Positions 11,134 through 20,760 of a stretch of DNA of 64,000 nt are shown in pieces. The stretch covers positions 20,815-84,814 of the forward strand of contig CANQVX010000003.1 of NCBI GenBank assembly GCA_947627355.1. The letters are read 5' to 3'. Each line of letters begins with the position of its first letter. Position 1 is the first letter of the stretch. The translations under genes and the position numbers were made by a program. Source of the stretch: an uncultured Bacilli bacterium. GTDB taxonomy: Bacteria; Bacillota_I; Bacilli_A; RFN20; CAG-631. A model generated the notes under the pieces. It was not told the DNA's origin, did not search any database, and worked only from the letters and a program-made list of their open reading frames with translations.

Positions 11134-12756
11134 ATGGAAAAAAAGTGGTGGCATAATAAAATATTTTATGAAATTTATCCAATCAGTTTTGCTGATGCTA
11201 ATAATGATGGTTATGGAGATATCAAAGGTATCATTTCTAAACTAGATTATTTAAAAGATTTAGGTGTTGATGTTTTATGGTTAACACCTTTTTTTGCTTC
11301 TCCTATGGAAGATAATGGCTATGATGTAGCTGATTATAAAGCCATTAATCCTTTGTTTGGTACTATGGAAGATATGGATAAACTACTAGAAGAAACTAAA
11401 AAAAGAGATATGTATATCATGATGGATATTGTTGCTAACCATACATCTAGTGAACATGTTTGGTTTAAAGAATCAAAAAAGTCTAAAGATAATTTCTATC
11501 GTGAATATTATATTTGGCGTGATAGTCCTTTATTTGATTTACATTCCACTTTTGGTGGTTCTGCTTGGGAATATGATAGCACTACTAAACAATATTATTT
11601 CCATGAATTTGGCACTGGCCAACCTGATTTAAACTGGGAAAATCCTAAGATTATGGATGCTTTTGTTGATATCATTAACTTCTGGATGGAAAAAGGAATT
11701 CGTGGTATTCGTTTTGATGTTATTCATTTAATTGGTAAAGAAATTGATAAAAACATTCATGCTTATGGCCCAACCTTACATCAAAAAGTTAGAGAACTTA
11801 ATTTAAGGTCATATGGAAATTATCCTTCAGTTACCATTGGCGAAGCTTGGGGTGATTTAAATACTGCTATAGAATTTACAAATCCTAGCCATCATGAACT
11901 AGATATGGTCTTTCAATTTGAATGCACTAGTTCTACTTGTGATTTTAAAAAATATGGTAAGTTTAGTCCTAAACCTATTAACAATAAATTTATCAAAGAT
12001 ACACTTGCTAAATATCAACGTGGTTTAAATGAATTATCTTGGAATGCTTTAGTTGTTGAAAACCATGATTTAGGACGTTGTATTAATAAATTTGGTGATG
12101 AAGAAAACTATTATTTAGAATCAGCAAAAGCAATTGCTACAATGAATTTCTTATTAAAAGGTAGTCCATTTATTTATCAAGGACAAGAACTTGGAATGAC
12201 TAATCTAATAGTTAATTCTATCGATGAATACAAGGATATTGAAACATTGAACTATTATAAAGAATATGTTTTAGAACAAAAAGTAATGTCTCACGATGAG
12301 TTTATGAAAGCTTGTTATAAAGAAGCTAGAGATAACAATCGTACTCCTATGCAATGGGATAATAGTGTTAATGCTGGTTTTAATAAAGGTCATCAAACTT
12401 GGATGAAAGTTAATCCTAATTATGTTAAAATTAACGCTCAAAACGAACAAAATGATAAAAATTCAATCTTAAATTATTATAAACAATTACTAAAACTTAG
12501 AAAGAGTGAAGAATATCAAGAAGTAATCACTTATGGAGATTTTAACACTTATCTTGATAACTATGATGATATCTTTATTTACACTAGAGAAAATAATGAT
12601 AAACATTTATGTGTTGTAACTAATATGTCTAAAAATACATATTCAATTAAGCTTCCATTTGGTATCAAAAAAGTATTACTACATAACTATAGTAATACCT
12701 TAAATGATATAAATGTTGAACTTAAACCTTATGAAACATTAGTTTATGAATTTTAA
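11134..12756 (+). CDS. GH13 alpha-glucosidase / oligo-1,6-glucosidase
   Basis: WW...YEIYP.SF, DNGYD, NHTS, QPDLNW, GIRFDV, GE, NHD, RTPMQW. Confidence 0.93.
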   Translation: MEKKWWHNKIFYEIYPISFADANNDGYGDIKGIISKLDYLKDLGVDVLWLTPFFASPMEDNGYDVADYKAINPLFGTMEDMDKLLEETKKRDMYIMMDIVANHTSSEHVWFKESKKSKDNFYREYYIWRDSPLFDLHSTFGGSAWEYDSTTKQYYFHEFGTGQPDLNWENPKIMDAFVDIINFWMEKGIRGIRFDVIHLIGKEIDKNIHAYGPTLHQKVRELNLRSYGNYPSVTIGEAWGDLNTAIEFTNPSHHELDMVFQFECTSSTCDFKKYGKFSPKPINNKFIKDTLAKYQRGLNELSWNALVVENHDLGRCINKFGDEENYYLESAKAIATMNFLLKGSPFIYQGQELGMTNLIVNSIDEYKDIETLNYYKEYVLEQKVMSHDEFMKACYKEARDNNRTPMQWDNSVNAGFNKGHQTWMKVNPNYVKINAQNEQNDKNSILNYYKQLLKLRKSEEYQEVITYGDFNTYLDNYDDIFIYTRENNDKHLCVVTNMSKNTYSIKLPFGIKKVLLHNYSNTLNDINVELKPYETLVYEF

Positions 12757-13442
12757 GATTGTGGTTGATTAGTTAAATAATTAAAGATTATTTTACCAAT
12801 AGCTGGTGAATTGCAAATATAGTTATAATGATTTGCTTTTTCAACCAATACCATTTCCGAATTTTTAATGGCTTTATGAATATTTAAGGAATGTTTGAAT
12901 TTTATACAATCATGCTTACCTACAGTTATTAAGGTAGGCATTTTTATTTTAGTTAGTTCATCAAAAGTCATGTTTGGTTCATTTAACATTAGTTGATTAT
13001 AGGTTTTAACAACTTTAGATCTAGAAAACTTTGCTTTAAAAAAGATACCAATTCTAGTTTTAAGTTTTAAACCTTTTTTAAAAATATTAACACCACTGAT
13101 TAATAATTTTTCAACATAATTTGGATACTTTAAGGCGAATTTTAAAGCAGTGATACCACCATCACTAAAGCCATATAGATAAGCTTTTTTAATGTTTCGA
13201 TTATCCATGAAGGCTTTTAAATCTTCAACAAAGATATCGTAATGTAAATCTTTTATATCACCACTACTTTTACCATGACATCTAGTATCAAGAGCATAAA
13301 CTAAATAGTATTTTGATAATTTTTTAATGGTTTTATCGAAGATTTTACTACTTTCACCATTGCCGTGTAACAAGATAATTACCTTGCCTGAACCTTCTTT
13401 TTTATAATACATTTCAAAGTTATTGATGTTAACCATGCTCAT
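12753..13442 (-). CDS. Alpha/beta hydrolase
   Basis: LLHGNGE, GHG-like CHGKS, nucleophile elbow GFSDGG, C-terminal His. Start set at ATG 13442 after GGTGA. Confidence 0.9.
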   Translation of the reverse strand: MSMVNINNFEMYYKKEGSGKVIILLHGNGESSKIFDKTIKKLSKYYLVYALDTRCHGKSSGDIKDLHYDIFVEDLKAFMDNRNIKKAYLYGFSDGGITALKFALKYPNYVEKLLISGVNIFKKGLKLKTRIGIFFKAKFSRSKVVKTYNQLMLNEPNMTFDELTKIKMPTLITVGKHDCIKFKHSLNIHKAIKNSEMVLVEKANHYNYICNSPAIGKIIFNYLTNQPQS

Positions 13443-13506
13443 AAAAATCACCAAAAACATTATAAGAAAAATAAATAAAAAAGAAAAGATGATAAACTGA
13501 TTATTT

Positions 13507-13549
13507 TTAGCACTCATATATTGACAGTGCTAAAAGCGATGATTATAAT
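13507..13549 (+). promoter_or_regulatory. CIRCE operator overlapping sigma-A promoter of htpG
   Basis: TTAGCACTC-N9-CAGTGCTAA at 13507-13533; TTGACA 13521-13526, 17 nt spacer, TATAAT 13544-13549. Confidence 0.93.
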
Positions 13550-13575
13550 ATATATAGAAAAAAGGAGATGCTATT

Positions 13576-15495
13576 ATGCAAGAAGTTAAAAAGTTTAAAA
13601 CTGAATCTAAACGTTTATTAGATTTAATGATTAATTCTATTTATTCAAATAAGGAAATCTTTTTAAGAGAGTTAATTTCTAATGCTTCTGATGCTATTGA
13701 TAAATATCATTATCTAGCTCTTACTAAAAAAGATATTCCCGTACTTGAAAATTATGAAATTAATTTAGCTATTGATAAAGAAAAAAGAGCCCTTATCATT
13801 GAAGATAATGGAATTGGTATGACTCATGATGAAATAGTGAATCATTTAGGAACTATTGCTAAAAGTGGTTCTTTAGAATTTTTAGATAAAATTAAGGATG
13901 AAAAAGCAAACGATATTGATATTATTGGTCAATTTGGTGTTGGTTTTTATTCGGCTTTCATGGTAAGTAGCAAGGTTGAAGTTGAAACTAAATCACCTTA
14001 TAGTGAAGTTGCTTATCGTTTCAGTTCTGCTGGTTCTGAAAGTTATAAAATTGAAGAAATTGATAAACCAAATAATGGTACCAAAGTTATTGTTTATCTA
14101 AGAGATAACACTGAAGAAGAAAACTATGATAAATATCTAGAACAATATCATATTTCTTCATTAGTTAAAAAATATAGTGATTATGTTCGCTATCCAATTA
14201 CCATGGTTATGGAACGTAGTGAAACTAAAAAAGATGCTGATGGTAAACCTATTGAAGGACAATATGAAACCATTAATGAAAAAGAAACACTTAATTCCAT
14301 GATACCAATTTGGAAAAAAGCTAAGGCTGATGTAACAGAAGAACAACTAAATAACTTTTATAAACAAAAGTTCAATGATTATAATGATCCGTTAGTTTCT
14401 TTATCAGTTAACACTGAAGGCTTACTAACTTATAATGCTTTATTATTTATTCCTAAAAAAGCACCATATGACTTATATAGTGAAAACTATGAAAGAGGTT
14501 TACAATTATATACTAAAGGTGTCTTTATCATGGATAAATGTAAAGAACTTATTCCTGATTATTTACGATTTGTTAAAGGTTTAGTTGATTCTAGTGATTT
14601 ATCTTTAAATATCAGTCGTGAAATGTTACAACAAGATAGACAACTACAAAAAATAGCTTCAACTATTGAAAAGAAAATTTTAAACGAATTAGCAAGACTA
14701 CAAAAAGATGAATATGATAAATATCTAGAATTCTTTGATACTTTTGGAATTAACTTGAAATACAGTATTTATCAAAGTTATGGACAAAATAAAGATAAAG
14801 TTCAAGACTTATTAGTTTATAAGACAATTAACGAAGAAAAACCTATTTCTTTAAAAACTTATGTTGAAAAGATGAAAGATAAACAAGACGCTATTTATTT
14901 TGCTTCAGCTAAAGATAAAGATGCAGTACTTGCAATGCCTCAAATGGATTTGGTTAAAAAATATGGTTATGATGTTTTAATTCTAACTGATAATGTTGAT
15001 GAATTTGTTATGACAATGTTACAAAACTACATGGATAAACCATTTAAATCAATTAATCAAGGTGAATTAAATATTCTTGATGATAATCAAAAAGAAGAAG
15101 TTGAAAAACTAAAAGATCTTAAAAAATCATTTATTGATAAATTAAAAGATATCTTAAAAGATGATGTAAGTGATGTAGTAATTTCCTCAAGACTTACTGA
15201 TTCACCAGTGTGTCTTGTAAGTACTGATGGTATTTCATTTGAAATGGAAAAAGTTCTTGCTAGTATGCCAGATGGAAATCAAAATAATATCAAAGCTCAA
15301 CGAGTACTTGAATTAAATCCTAACCATGATTTATTCAAGACATTAGAAAAAGTATATACGTCTAATCCAGCTGAATTAGAAGATTATGCTAAACTTTTAT
15401 ATTCACAAGCATTACTTATGGAAGGATTTCCACTCAAAGATCCTGTTGAATTTTCCAACAAAATGTGTGAATTAATGATTAAAAGTAGTAAGTAA
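13576..15495 (+). CDS. htpG: Hsp90 chaperone
   Basis: YSNKEIFLRELISNASDA, DNGIGM, IGQFGVGFYSAF, LNISRE. Confidence 0.98.
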   Translation: MQEVKKFKTESKRLLDLMINSIYSNKEIFLRELISNASDAIDKYHYLALTKKDIPVLENYEINLAIDKEKRALIIEDNGIGMTHDEIVNHLGTIAKSGSLEFLDKIKDEKANDIDIIGQFGVGFYSAFMVSSKVEVETKSPYSEVAYRFSSAGSESYKIEEIDKPNNGTKVIVYLRDNTEEENYDKYLEQYHISSLVKKYSDYVRYPITMVMERSETKKDADGKPIEGQYETINEKETLNSMIPIWKKAKADVTEEQLNNFYKQKFNDYNDPLVSLSVNTEGLLTYNALLFIPKKAPYDLYSENYERGLQLYTKGVFIMDKCKELIPDYLRFVKGLVDSSDLSLNISREMLQQDRQLQKIASTIEKKILNELARLQKDEYDKYLEFFDTFGINLKYSIYQSYGQNKDKVQDLLVYKTINEEKPISLKTYVEKMKDKQDAIYFASAKDKDAVLAMPQMDLVKKYGYDVLILTDNVDEFVMTMLQNYMDKPFKSINQGELNILDDNQKEEVEKLKDLKKSFIDKLKDILKDDVSDVVISSRLTDSPVCLVSTDGISFEMEKVLASMPDGNQNNIKAQRVLELNPNHDLFKTLEKVYTSNPAELEDYAKLLYSQALLMEGFPLKDPVEFSNKMCELMIKSSK

Positions 15496-15520
15496 AATGT
15501 AAATTTCACTTATCATAAGT

Positions 15521-15577
15521 GCACTTTAATTTTTATCACTTTATGGCTTAAAGTGGTATTAGTTAAAGTGCTTTTTT
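15521..15577 (+). terminator. Long-stem intrinsic terminator after htpG
   Basis: GCACTTTAA...TTAAAGTGC outer stem, TATCACTTTA/TAAAGTGGTA inner stem, then T tract. Confidence 0.75.
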
Positions 15578-15672
15578 ATTGCTTTGAAAAATTTTTTTAC
15601 AAAATTCGACAAAAAACGACAAACTAAATTGTCTATATTAATGTAAGCGAATTTTTTGAAAGGAGGGGAAAG

Positions 15673-16209
15673 ATGATGAAGGTAAGTGTGGAAACCATTG
15701 AATTATTGCAAAAGGGATATGAATCTGCATTCAATCAAGTTTATGAAGCTTACGAAAGATTTTTATATTTTTTGATTTTCACTATTGTTAAAAATGAAGA
15801 AGTTGCTAAAGATATCTTACAAGATGTGTTCATCAAAATATTTATTGAAGCACCACATCTAAGATATGCTAAAAACTTCCATTCATGGGTAATTAAAGTC
15901 GCTAGAAATTCAGCACTTAACGCAGTTAAAGAAATGTCACGTTATGTACCATTAGAAGAATGTCATCTAGAAAAGTATGTAATGGAATCTTATACTGTTA
16001 AATACAATTTTGATTTACCTATACTATTTTCAGCAGAAGATAATCTTATTATTATTTATCATCTTGTATATGGTATTAGTTTCAAAGAAATAGCCACTAT
16101 GCTCAAATCAACAATAGATCGAATCGCTTCCCGTTTTTATCGTATACTTCATAAAATTAAAAGAATGTATCTTGAACGAGAAGAAGCTGAAAAGAAAGAT
16201 AAAAACTAA
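15673..16209 (+). CDS. ECF-type RNA polymerase sigma factor
   Basis: Region 2 (AFNQVYEAY...AKDILQDVFIKI...FHSWVIKVARN) and region 4 (GISFKEIATML); strong SD AAGGAGG. Confidence 0.88.
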   Translation: MMKVSVETIELLQKGYESAFNQVYEAYERFLYFLIFTIVKNEEVAKDILQDVFIKIFIEAPHLRYAKNFHSWVIKVARNSALNAVKEMSRYVPLEECHLEKYVMESYTVKYNFDLPILFSAEDNLIIIYHLVYGISFKEIATMLKSTIDRIASRFYRILHKIKRMYLEREEAEKKDKN

Positions 16210-16263
16210 TTAAAAAAACAAAAAGCATTTTAACAAAAAAGTTTAAAGGAGGGAAAAAGAAAA

Positions 16264-17070
16264 ATGAATTACAAAGAAAAGTTAAAGATTGATTTAGAAA
16301 AAACAATTGACGCTTACCATTCGCCAATAATTAATATTGACGATGTTAAATCTAAGTTAACCTTTAATACAAATCCGATTGAAGAACCAGTTAAAAGTAA
16401 ACCAAAAAGAAAAGTCTTATTTCCTATTTGGATGTGCGCTTCATTACTTGTTGGTATTGGAGTAGGAACTGGTATAACCTATGCAGTAAGTAGAGAAACG
16501 GATAATGAAAAAGTATATTCTTCATTTTTGGAAGAAAGAATTTTTGATCAAAAAGATACTATTTTTCCGGAACTTGAAAGAAATATATTCGATGAATGTA
16601 CGGCTTTTATGACAACTCACTTAGTGAAGCAATATTCTTACGCAAAATTAATTGATGACTCAAATAAAAACACTATTGAAATTGTATTGGCAAAAAGCGA
16701 TCAAGAATTTACAATTAAAAAAAGTGACTCAATTGATTTATCATATTCAAATTTTATTTTATGTAATAAAGATGGATCAGATTATTTTTACTTTGTAGGT
16801 TATAAGGATAGAAAAACTATGCACTATCGTGTTAAGAGCAATCTTCCTTATACTTCAAGCCAGTTAAAAGAGTCATTTGAAACTGCAACAAATTCGGTAC
16901 TTTCAAAAGAATTTTTAAATGGTGTAGATACAGGAATATTTGCTAATTTAAATTACGATAATGCAACAAAAACATATAATTTAGTTTATGAATTAAATTA
17001 TGAAAATGAAACTTATATAGCAAAATATGACAACACATTAGAAAAACTTGTTGTAAAGAAATTAGTATAA
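16264..17070 (+). CDS. Single-pass membrane protein, putative anti-sigma factor
   Basis: Short cytoplasmic N-terminus, basic patch, one TM helix (~aa 52-76), then extracellular domain; directly after the ECF sigma gene. Confidence 0.55.
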   Translation: MNYKEKLKIDLEKTIDAYHSPIINIDDVKSKLTFNTNPIEEPVKSKPKRKVLFPIWMCASLLVGIGVGTGITYAVSRETDNEKVYSSFLEERIFDQKDTIFPELERNIFDECTAFMTTHLVKQYSYAKLIDDSNKNTIEIVLAKSDQEFTIKKSDSIDLSYSNFILCNKDGSDYFYFVGYKDRKTMHYRVKSNLPYTSSQLKESFETATNSVLSKEFLNGVDTGIFANLNYDNATKTYNLVYELNYENETYIAKYDNTLEKLVVKKLV

Positions 17071-17083
17071 GAGGGGATGTAAA

Positions 17084-18511
17084 ATGTTTTTAAAACTAAT
17101 TTTATTATCAACGTTTGCTTTGTTTTCTGTACAAAAAACTGATATCAAAGTAAGCAAAAATGTAGTTCAAGTCAATGAAAGAACTCAATTGAAAAAATTA
17201 CAACTTGAAACGCCTATTCATGCACAATCAATTGAAAACTTACGTTTGAAATTTTTAGAAGGTAAAGAAATTGATGGTGTATATGATTTGTATGATGTAA
17301 ACTTCAATTTGAGTTATTATTTGATAGTATTTAGGGACAATGGATACTTAATTTACAATATTGAAGAGAAAAATTATGAAGAATTTTCTGAAACAAATAA
17401 GTGTCCATATTGCAATTGTCTTGATAAAATGTTGGTTTATTTATCGGTTGGAAATTATTACTATGTTGATGATGGGATTCTTGTTAGCACTTCAAGAGAA
17501 TATACGATTAGTACAAATACTGAATTGAATTATTTGCAAACGAGTTTTACTAAATTACAAGATGCAAAGCAACAAGAACTATTATCACAAGAAGAATTTG
17601 ATGCCGCAATCAACTCAAGTAGTTCTGATCTTCCAAAAGAATATAATCTAGTTGATGATTATTATTTTCACAACCTACACACAAATTATTGTGATAATTA
17701 TTTAGGAAGTTGCGGATATATTGCTATACAAATGCTACTTGGTTATTTTAATTTTATCAAAGGTCAAGGTGGCATTATTCCAGATGAATATATATTCAAT
17801 GGAGCGAATCTAACATCTGATAATTATAAAGAATGTACTGATTCACCAGGTAGTAAATTCGATTTTCATTACCATTTGTTAGAAATAGGTGAAAGCCTTG
17901 GATTTAATCAAGGTGGAATAAATATGCCAGAATTAAACAAAATATTTAAAGCCTATATGAATGAGCACAAGGATTATAAAGTTGAAACATTAATGCGAGA
18001 TGGTGTTAGTGATATTTTTTGGAAAACTTACTTTGCTTTATACATGACAGCACTAGATGTTCCAGCAATCGTTCATATAACTGGATATGATGGAAATATT
18101 TCACCGGCAACCGATGTTTCACACGCTGCAATTTGCTATGGTTACGTTGATAGTTTAAATGGTATTAGATTACATATTGGTGATAGGTCAGAAGATTTGA
18201 CCGATGTTATTTCAAGAAGTTATGTTGTTCAATCATTCTATATGGCTAACTTTACATCTGCACATAAACATGCCTATGGTTATATATGGGACACAAAAGA
18301 AGAATGTAATAAATATTGTGTTTGTGGTGATACCATCACACATCAACACAATCTAACATATGAAAAAGTAGATGTTTATCAACATAAAGTTATATGTTTG
18401 GATTGTGGAAAAGAATATCTAGAAGATCATCATTATGTGCAAATGAATAAGACAGTCTTTATTTGTAATTATTGTGGTGAACATGTAAACCATTTACCAA
18501 CACAAGAATAA
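17084..18511 (+). CDS. Secreted putative papain-fold cysteine peptidase with His/Cys-rich C-terminus
   Basis: Signal peptide; GSCGYIA (candidate catalytic Cys), SHAAICYGY (candidate catalytic His), LHIG; tail with CxC/CxxC and His clusters. Confidence 0.65.
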   Translation: MFLKLILLSTFALFSVQKTDIKVSKNVVQVNERTQLKKLQLETPIHAQSIENLRLKFLEGKEIDGVYDLYDVNFNLSYYLIVFRDNGYLIYNIEEKNYEEFSETNKCPYCNCLDKMLVYLSVGNYYYVDDGILVSTSREYTISTNTELNYLQTSFTKLQDAKQQELLSQEEFDAAINSSSSDLPKEYNLVDDYYFHNLHTNYCDNYLGSCGYIAIQMLLGYFNFIKGQGGIIPDEYIFNGANLTSDNYKECTDSPGSKFDFHYHLLEIGESLGFNQGGINMPELNKIFKAYMNEHKDYKVETLMRDGVSDIFWKTYFALYMTALDVPAIVHITGYDGNISPATDVSHAAICYGYVDSLNGIRLHIGDRSEDLTDVISRSYVVQSFYMANFTSAHKHAYGYIWDTKEECNKYCVCGDTITHQHNLTYEKVDVYQHKVICLDCGKEYLEDHHYVQMNKTVFICNYCGEHVNHLPTQE

Positions 18512-18512
18512 C

Positions 18513-18549
18513 AAAAAAAGGAGTAAGTCTATAAAAGGGCTTACTCCTT
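18513..18549. terminator. Hairpin between convergent genes
   Basis: AAGGAGTAAG...CTTACTCCTT inverted repeat preceded by an A run; overlaps the methyltransferase stop codon. Confidence 0.7.
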
Positions 18550-19164
18550 ATATTTGATTTCTAGTAAAACAACATCTTTATTTTGCTTTCTATTAACAAT
18601 ATTTTGTCGATAGATTCGCATATTTAGGTTGTTTATGATGGCATTTATTTTATCTAATTTATCAAGTCGATGAATTAAATAAAAGGAGCCATCTTTTTTT
18701 AATAATTTATTTACTTTATCAAATAAGTTTTCTAATGTTAGATTAGTATCATGCTTGGCATTCATAAGTGATTTGTTATCACTTTTAGTTGAATTAGAAA
18801 AATATGGTGGATTACAAATTATAACATCAAATAATGAATCATATTCAAAGTCTAATAAGTCTTTACAATATAATTCATAGTTTTGAATATGATTTAGTTC
18901 TAAATTATATTTTGCTAATTCAATTGCTTTATCATGAATATCAATTCCAACTAATTTTTGATATTTAAAACATGAGGCATATAATAATAAAACACCATTA
19001 TTTGTACCAATATCTAAAACTAAACTTTTATCGGGTAAATCGATAAAATTACCAAGTAGAACACTATCAGTATTCATTCTAAACATATCTTTGTATTGAT
19101 ATAGATGAATGTGTTCTTTATTTGGTAAATAATCATAACTACAGTTTTCTAAATTAATATTCAT
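18541..19164 (-). CDS. tRNA1(Val) adenine(37)-N6 methyltransferase family (YabB/TrmN6-like)
   Basis: FRMNTDSVLL, LDIGTNNG SAM motif, NPPYF. Confidence 0.88.
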   Translation of the reverse strand: MNINLENCSYDYLPNKEHIHLYQYKDMFRMNTDSVLLGNFIDLPDKSLVLDIGTNNGVLLLYASCFKYQKLVGIDIHDKAIELAKYNLELNHIQNYELYCKDLLDFEYDSLFDVIICNPPYFSNSTKSDNKSLMNAKHDTNLTLENLFDKVNKLLKKDGSFYLIHRLDKLDKINAIINNLNMRIYRQNIVNRKQNKDVVLLEIKYKE

Positions 19165-19747
19165 TATTAATATCCAATATGATATAGAAACAATTATCTT
19201 CAGACATAAAGAAGTACATTCCTAAATCGCCTGTTGGATCAACTGTATAATAACCATCTTCATCATAATTTGAGTCATCTATTGTCCAGTTTGCTTCAGT
19301 TAAAATATTAACGTAGTCTTGTTCACTATATTCAGGATTATAGATAGCAATAGTTCCGTAATAAACTTCATAAAATTCTCCTGCTAAACCTGGAATTTCT
19401 ATATCTGTGTATTCTTGAATATCTGTTAGTGGCCAATCATCTTTTGGAGGCACATCCCAACATGAATAGTCAATAAATAATGCTGAATCTTCTTCATAGT
19501 AATAATATTCAATAACATTGGTTAAAGCACCATCTACAGCAAAGTATGCATCATATTTATAATCGCCAACTGAATGAATTTCTTTTTTATATGTTGTCCA
19601 AACAAAAGTGCTGTCTAATATTTCTTTATAAGTTTCAACTGATGTTTCATCTACACCATAAACTAAGATTTTAAAAAAAGCGCCTTCTTCAGAACCATAA
19701 TCAAGTACAGTGTAACTTTTAGCACCTTCATAAGGAGCTATTTTCAT
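19154..19747 (-). CDS. Acidic protein, probable C-terminal part of the upstream lipoprotein
   Basis: Same W-x(n)-IP repeat style and acidic composition as 19744..20760; ATGA overlap; no SD. Confidence 0.55.
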   Translation of the reverse strand: MKIAPYEGAKSYTVLDYGSEEGAFFKILVYGVDETSVETYKEILDSTFVWTTYKKEIHSVGDYKYDAYFAVDGALTNVIEYYYYEEDSALFIDYSCWDVPPKDDWPLTDIQEYTDIEIPGLAGEFYEVYYGTIAIYNPEYSEQDYVNILTEANWTIDDSNYDEDGYYTVDPTGDLGMYFFMSEDNCFYIILDINNEY

Positions 19748-20760
19748 GTAAGACTATATGATTCAATTATTTGAGTTATTTTGGCATCAGGCCATTCTGA
19801 AAAGGTTTCTTCAACTGGTTCAATCCAAGCGCAAATTTCAAATACCGGATAAAATTCATCATCGCCTAAAAAATAATCAATTTCCAAATATAAATCAGAT
19901 GTTTCATCTAAATTTTTATAATAGTCAACTATTATACTACATGTTGGATCTTCGATTCCATTATTAACAAATTCGTATCCATATGTTTCAATAATTGAGA
20001 TGTACTCATCACAAACATCACCCGAATACATATCTGTAATATAAATAAAATCACCGACAGCATCGGTTTCAACTGAAATTTCATATTCACTAGTTATTGG
20101 AGCAACTGGAATAACTTCTGTTAATATTTCTTCCATTAAAGTTTTATCTTCGTCTCTCCAATCAGTAATTTTTTCATAATCAACGATATCAAATTCAACC
20201 CAAGCATAAATATCAAATGCAGCTGGATCTTCAGTTGTTTCTAGAAAATATCCAATTTGAATTACTACAAATGAAGTACTATCTATGTCTTTTGAATATT
20301 CTTTTAAAAATCCATCCTTGTATTCGGTGGCTTCAACATTATCATCAAATTGGTAGCCATTATTTTCTAAAACCATTCCATATTGATTACTTAAGTCACC
20401 TACAGTTTCATCAGAAATCAAGATAAATTCACCATATTCATCTTCTAGAACGTCCAAAAAATAATTTTCGCTTACAGGTGCAACTGGAATAGTTAGACCT
20501 AATAAAGTTTGCATTGTTTGAATGTCTTCTTGTTTCCAACTTGTGATTGCATTTACAGTTCCACTGCTAGTTGATGAAGTTGAATCAACATGAACTGAAG
20601 TTGAATCTTCAATAGAACTAGAATCAACTGTACTTGAATTGCTTGATGTAATTGATAAACTACTAGAACTACTATCTTTTTTATCATTACAAGAAGTTAA
20701 CGAAAGAGAAAATAAGGCAATTAAACTTGCAAATAATAAACTTTTTTTCATTTTCATCAT
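19744..20760 (-). CDS. Acidic repeat lipoprotein (N-terminal part)
   Basis: Lipobox LTSC, Ser/Thr linker, two ~115-aa repeats (ITSW...IPVAPVS / ITDW...IPVAPIT). Confidence 0.8.
   Translation of the reverse strand: MMKMKKSLLFASLIALFSLSLTSCNDKKDSSSSSLSITSSNSSTVDSSSIEDSTSVHVDSTSSTSSGTVNAITSWKQEDIQTMQTLLGLTIPVAPVSENYFLDVLEDEYGEFILISDETVGDLSNQYGMVLENNGYQFDDNVEATEYKDGFLKEYSKDIDSTSFVVIQIGYFLETTEDPAAFDIYAWVEFDIVDYEKITDWRDEDKTLMEEILTEVIPVAPITSEYEISVETDAVGDFIYITDMYSGDVCDEYISIIETYGYEFVNNGIEDPTCSIIVDYYKNLDETSDLYLEIDYFLGDDEFYPVFEICAWIEPVEETFSEWPDAKITQIIESYSLT

Noticed and set aside
13443-13517. Hydrophobic N-terminal extension of the alpha/beta hydrolase in the ORF track
   Set aside because: It runs through the AT-rich intergenic region into the htpG CIRCE; the SD-supported start is 13442.
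19740-19750. TGA-as-Trp recoding (code 4) to explain the split lipoprotein
   Set aside because: TGA is followed by AAA TAG in frame; tilS and ribF end at TGA, and Trp is TGG in conserved genes.
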